Shown in pieces: positions 59,601-64,000 of a stretch of DNA of 64,000 nucleotides. The notes beneath the pieces were generated by a model. It ran no database searches and was not told where the DNA came from. It was given only the letters and a program-made list of their open reading frames with translations. The translations under genes and the position numbers were made by a program. Position 1 is the stretch's first letter; every line of letters begins with the position of its first letter. This DNA comes from Owenia fusiformis (taxonomy: Eukaryota), in NCBI GenBank assembly GCA_903813345.2, contig CAIIXF020000001.1:10292001-10356000 (forward strand), read 5' to 3'.

Positions 59601-62600
59601 ATGGTTTAATCAAAAAAGTTTGTCCATTTTTAGTTAACACTGTTATTTTGTCCCTCTCAGTATAAAACAGTTAACCCAATATCAGTTTTATCCCCATCTT
59701 TTAACTAAAAAAATGTTGAAATGTTGATATAAAAAAAATTGAAATTGAAGGTTGAAAACAAAATTTTAATAAAGGCAGTAATTTTTGGAGAACAGATTAT
59801 GAATATGGAAAACTGAAAAGGTGAGCTTAGAAAGGCAGATTCTACCTTCAGACAAAATGCCCAAAATCGCCATTAGCTATACCACCCTTTGAATTTGTAT
59901 CACTTATGAATTGTAAAATGGTTTAAATGCTGATTGCTGATAAGATCTCAAATGTGACTTCAATGATTTGATGACGTGAAATAAATATAAGCTTCTAATA
60001 AGGCAAAAAATGTATATCAAGTTTTTTGAAACAGATTATGATACAAGAAGGGTAGATTAAAAGTAATATTGACCTACCAGCTGTGGCTACATCTTGAACT
60101 TCGTTTCCCGTTTTGTGGGCTAGGGTCCCAATGAATGCAAACACAACAAAACCAGCAAAGAAACTAGTTAGGCAATTTCCAATTGATGCGAAAAGAGTAT
60201 CCCTGTTCATCAATTAGGAATGAAACAAAATTAGGCAATATTTCATGAATTAATATATGCAGAATATCATTTATATATATTTATCAGATCATTTTGAGTG
60301 ATGTCGTTTTTTGATGTGTTGTTATATACAAGGCAATGAAATGATATCACAAGAAATGATCTGATATTAGGGTCATCCCATGATTGATTTAAAATTGATT
60401 GCTTTAAAAAATGCAAAAAATGCAAATTTGTTTATCATATGAATATATTACTGATAGCTGATAACAAATATCAGCTATATGCAGCTGATAAATGATACCA
60501 CGCAGCATATGAGGCTAATAAACAATTTCTTTGAAAAATATCGCATGGATCTCAATAATATCAGAAATATCTCTTTGTGTTATTGTACAGATAACACAAT
60601 AATTGTGGGAAAACAATTGATTTTTAGTTCCACTAAAAACTGTCTGGGAGTATCACAAAAATATCACAGGTACTGTCTTGAAAGAATCTGAGGATCTACA
60701 TCTCAGATTCTCAGTCACAGATTAAAAAAGTCCACAAACTACTCGTATCTAGGATATCCATACACCTTTGAAGTCACTTAGATGTGGATGATCATTGTCT
60801 TGATCAATTTGAGATATTGCTCCTCCAAAAATACTTAAACAATTCCCTACTCTTTTTATTAGTATTTTTACCTGACGACATTGTTGTGGAACTTATTATA
60901 ACTGGAGAGGCCAATAAGAGATGCACCACTCATGCTTAGGGAGAAGAAAATCTGGGATGCAGCGTCTTTCCAAATCTGTGGTTCTTTTAGTTTATCCCAA
61001 TCAGCAACTTTAATATAATAGTTTATTCCATCTATGTAACCATCTTGTAAGCAAGCTATCACGAGTAGGGCTATGAGCACTGCGTATGGAAATAGTGCGG
61101 TGAAATATACAACCTAAGATGAAAAAATGATAAGAAATAAATATTTATCACATGTAGAAAGAAATAAACAACATTCAAAAATACCAAAAAGAGTTGTAAC
61201 ATCATATTCTTATTGTTTTGAATACCCTTTGCATTCATTTGACTTCACTGCTTAAAAGAGAGCTTCGTCTTCTTTCAAACTAAAATAAACCTGTGAACTC
61301 ACCGCGCCAATCAGTGTTCGTCGGCCAAATTTGACCGACGACCGACGTTCTATATATGGTCATTCCTTCTGACGTCACCGTTGTGCCCGGAATTGACCAA
61401 TGACATGCGCATATTTAATTAAAGTGCATTTGGCGTATGTTTCTTCAAGCTCGCTGATTGGTGGAAGAAAGGTCAGCGCGTAGGTCAAAAGTGATTTATT
61501 ACCCAAACTGTCACCGGTACCCGTCGTGGGGGCGGGGCTACTAAACTGTAATATGGTCTCTACTAGGCAGATTGTAGTTTAACTAGACTGCATGCAAGGT
61601 ATGTTTTGAAATGGATGGTTATTGAAATGTGTCTAGTAAAGTTGATGCCTAATTTTGTATCTGATTCAGCAAATAATTACTGCAAAGGGAGAATTAAGGG
61701 ATAGAGGACTATAGTTCTACATGTTCATGTGCAAGCTCTCGTGAAAATGTGTAACTTAACCATCCTTTTGTTTTGTTAGCCCACCCTGTATGAATTACCT
61801 TGCCACTAGATTTAATCCCTTTTAACATGCTTAAGAATACAAGCATCCATGATGCAAGTAAGCAAAAGATGAGGGGCCATTGGGGGTATCCAATGTTTGT
61901 AATATCAGCATTAACTACAGGAAAGCCAGCAAACATATAGCTGAAATATAAATGAAACAGGTGGGTTATGAAAGGAATAGCTGAAATATAAATGAAATAG
62001 TTGAATTATGAAAGGAATAGCTGAAATGTGGATGAAAGTCTACATGGAAATGTTTGACCAAATACTCCTTTAAGGAGCTACAGACTTTGGCTTTTTCAAT
62101 TCCAGTTTTGGGTGGACATTGTCTGGTTTAGCATTAGATGCATATGTCAGATTTTTGAATTGATTTTGCATAAAATATATTAGTTTTATACATTAAACTG
62201 TCAGTGTTGTTTTATGCCTTAGTGCTATGATGCCTGCTACAGTACAAGTTATGGGTGTGGTGATTTCCATACATAAGTTTGTTCATCGACTAGATGTTAG
62301 ATGGGAATTGCTATGCCCTGGTGTTGCTATTGTCAAGATTATGTACAATTTGTAATATCAGATAAAATTCATATTCTTACTTATTAAATTCAGCAGATGA
62401 ATATGTTGAATTACAACCTGAAAAAGAAAGAGTTCAAATTGTATTTTAAGTCTAGCCATGGATCACTGGCCAACTAAACAATAAATTGCATGAATCCAGA
62501 ATTGCAGAGCCTTACTCAAATAATATTGTGACCAGATACAAGTTGTTTTTTGAAAAATTGTAAGATGACTTTGGACACACAATATAGGCTTCGTTGAAGT

Positions 62601-62998
62601 ATCATTTTTAATGAGATCTAAAGGAGATCTGCATTTTTAACATTCACTTAAAAACTAAGTTAACATTTTCTTCTAATTAACTTTTTTCAGGTGTCCCCAT
62701 ATTATAAATAGTATTCTGGCCAAACAAAAGCCTCTACTGCCATCTATTTATCCATCTATATAGCAACTTCTCTGTTTGATATATGCAAAGTGAATATCCT
62801 CTCTGACAAGCAAGAACTAACTATGAAATTGTAATTTCATTCCTGTGTTCTTACCTTTTGAGTTATATGCATTCTCACATGTTGACCATGGTAATGTAAA
62901 AGTGAAGGAATTGACCAAATAGTATATACCCCAGCCAAGCACCATATTGTAATATATCATCAGAAGGAAAGCGGCAATATACCCTGCAAATCCAATTC
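56683..62998 (-). CDS. SLC6 (NSS) Na+/Cl- dependent amino-acid transporter, 3' 11 exons (TM3 to C-terminus); 5' exons lie beyond the window
   Basis: Exons 62855-62998, 62381-62417, 61799-61940, 60872-61113, 60078-60202, 59415-59527, 58719-58847, 58116-58215, 57647-57750, 57164-57340, 56683-56856, all GT-AG and phase-consistent. Motifs: IYYNMVLGW, LPWSTC, KGIKSSGKVVYFTALFPY, WKDAASQIFFSL, SSYNKFHNN, NCLTSFFAGFVVF, GPGLIFVVYP, PDWGP. Confidence 0.95.
58956..59252. mobile_element. MITE with CAGTGGCGTAGCGT terminal inverted repeats
   Basis: cagtggcgtagcgt ... acgctacgccactg; flanks tacat/tacac form an imperfect TSD. Confidence 0.8.
61937..62037. repeat. 40-bp tandem repeat (2.5 copies) containing the SLC6 splice acceptor
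   Basis: atagctgaaat...atgaaa occurs at 61937, 61977 and 62017; minus strand ATTTCAG|CTAT. Confidence 0.85.
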
Positions 62999-63017
62999 CT
63001 AAAAGGAAATATTTAAC

Positions 63018-64000
63018 TTTTTATGTCACCACCAAAAGTGGTGACATATTGTTATGGTCTCCGTTTTTTTGCGACGGCGGTTGGTGGTTGGCGGTTGGTG
63101 GTTGGAGGTTGGCGTCCGGCGTCCAGCGTCTGTAACAATTTCTTACAACTTCCTATAACTTAACAAATACTGTTTAGACTGACTTCAATTTTTTTCTAAA
63201 TCATCTACATGTTCTCAGAAGTTCAAATCTGACTTTAGATTTGACATTTGACCTTCAATGACCTTCTCAAGGTCAAAAAGGTCTTTTTTCAACTTGCTTC
63301 ACATTGACTAAATTTTTTACAAAATCATCTACATGTTCTCAGAAATTCAAATCTGACTTTAGATTTGACTTTAGATTTGACATTTGACCTTCAAATCTGA
63401 CTTTAGATTTGACATTTGACCTTCAATGACCTTCTCAAGGTCAAAAAAGGTCAAAAAGGTCTGTTTTCAACTTGCTTCAAATTGACTAAATTTTTTTTTC
63501 AAAATCATCTACGTGTTCTCAGAAATTCAAATCTGACTTTAGATTTGACTTAAGATTTGACATTTGACCTTCAATGACCTTCTCAAAGTCAAAAAAGGTC
63601 AAAAAGGTCTTTTTTCAACTTGCTTCAAATTGACTAAATTTTTTTTTTCAAAATCATCTACATGTTCTCAGAAATTCAAATCTGACTTTAGATTTGACAT
63701 TTGACCTTCAATGACCTTCTCAAAGTCAAAAAAGGTCAAAAAGGTCTTTTTTCAACTTGCTTCAAATTGACTAAATTCTTTTTTCAAAATCATCTACATG
63801 TTCTCAGATATTCAAATCTGACTTTAGATTTGACATTTGACCTTCAATGACCTTCTCAATGTCAAAAAGGGTCAAAAAGGTATTTTTTCATCTTGCTTCA
63901 AATTGACTAAATTTTTTTTTCAGAATCATCTACATGTTCTCAGAAATTCAAATATGACTTTAGATTTGACATTTGACCTTCAATGACCTTCTCAAGGTCA
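63018..64000 (+). mobile_element. HINE-like Helentron element carrying an internal tandem satellite array (units ~125-180 bp), truncated by the window end
   Basis: Starts tttttatgtcaccaccaaaagtggtgacat, then a (GGYGGTT)n microsatellite, then at least 6 repeats of aatcatctacatgttctcagaaattcaaatctgactttagatttgacatttgaccttcaatgaccttctcaaggtcaaaaa. Confidence 0.8.

Overview
AT-rich, CpG-depleted, intron-rich animal genomic DNA, most likely a marine invertebrate; the species cannot be determined from sequence alone. Spliced genes reconstructed by hand from GT-AG boundaries and reading phase: (1) the last two coding exons of an MBOAT1/2-type lysophospholipid acyltransferase (+, 2290-9080), with an intron-containing tRNA-Phe(GAA) antisense in its last intron; (2) a single-exon SGNH/PC-esterase-like type II membrane protein (-); (3) a complete 19-exon ADAM17/TACE (-, 17681-46339, 743 aa) hosting two antisense nested genes, a fucosyltransferase-fold glycosyltransferase and an iduronate-2-sulfatase-like sulfatase, plus a 5.4-kb foldback Academ-like transposon; (4) the first 10 exons of PRPF6 (+), head-to-head with ADAM17; (5) the 3' 11 exons of an SLC6 transporter (-), apparently inside a PRPF6 intron. 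There are many MITEs, Helentron-type (HINE-like) elements and minisatellites. The most unusual observations are a 32-bp minisatellite built from an ADAM17 exon end plus its 5' splice site (an array of 'poison' donors just before the TM exon), an analogous triplicated acceptor in the SLC6 gene, three single-coding-exon glycan-modifying genes interleaved with ADAM17, an intron-bearing metazoan tRNA-Phe, and an atypical SLC6 substrate pocket. Family assignments rest on recalled motifs, not database searches.
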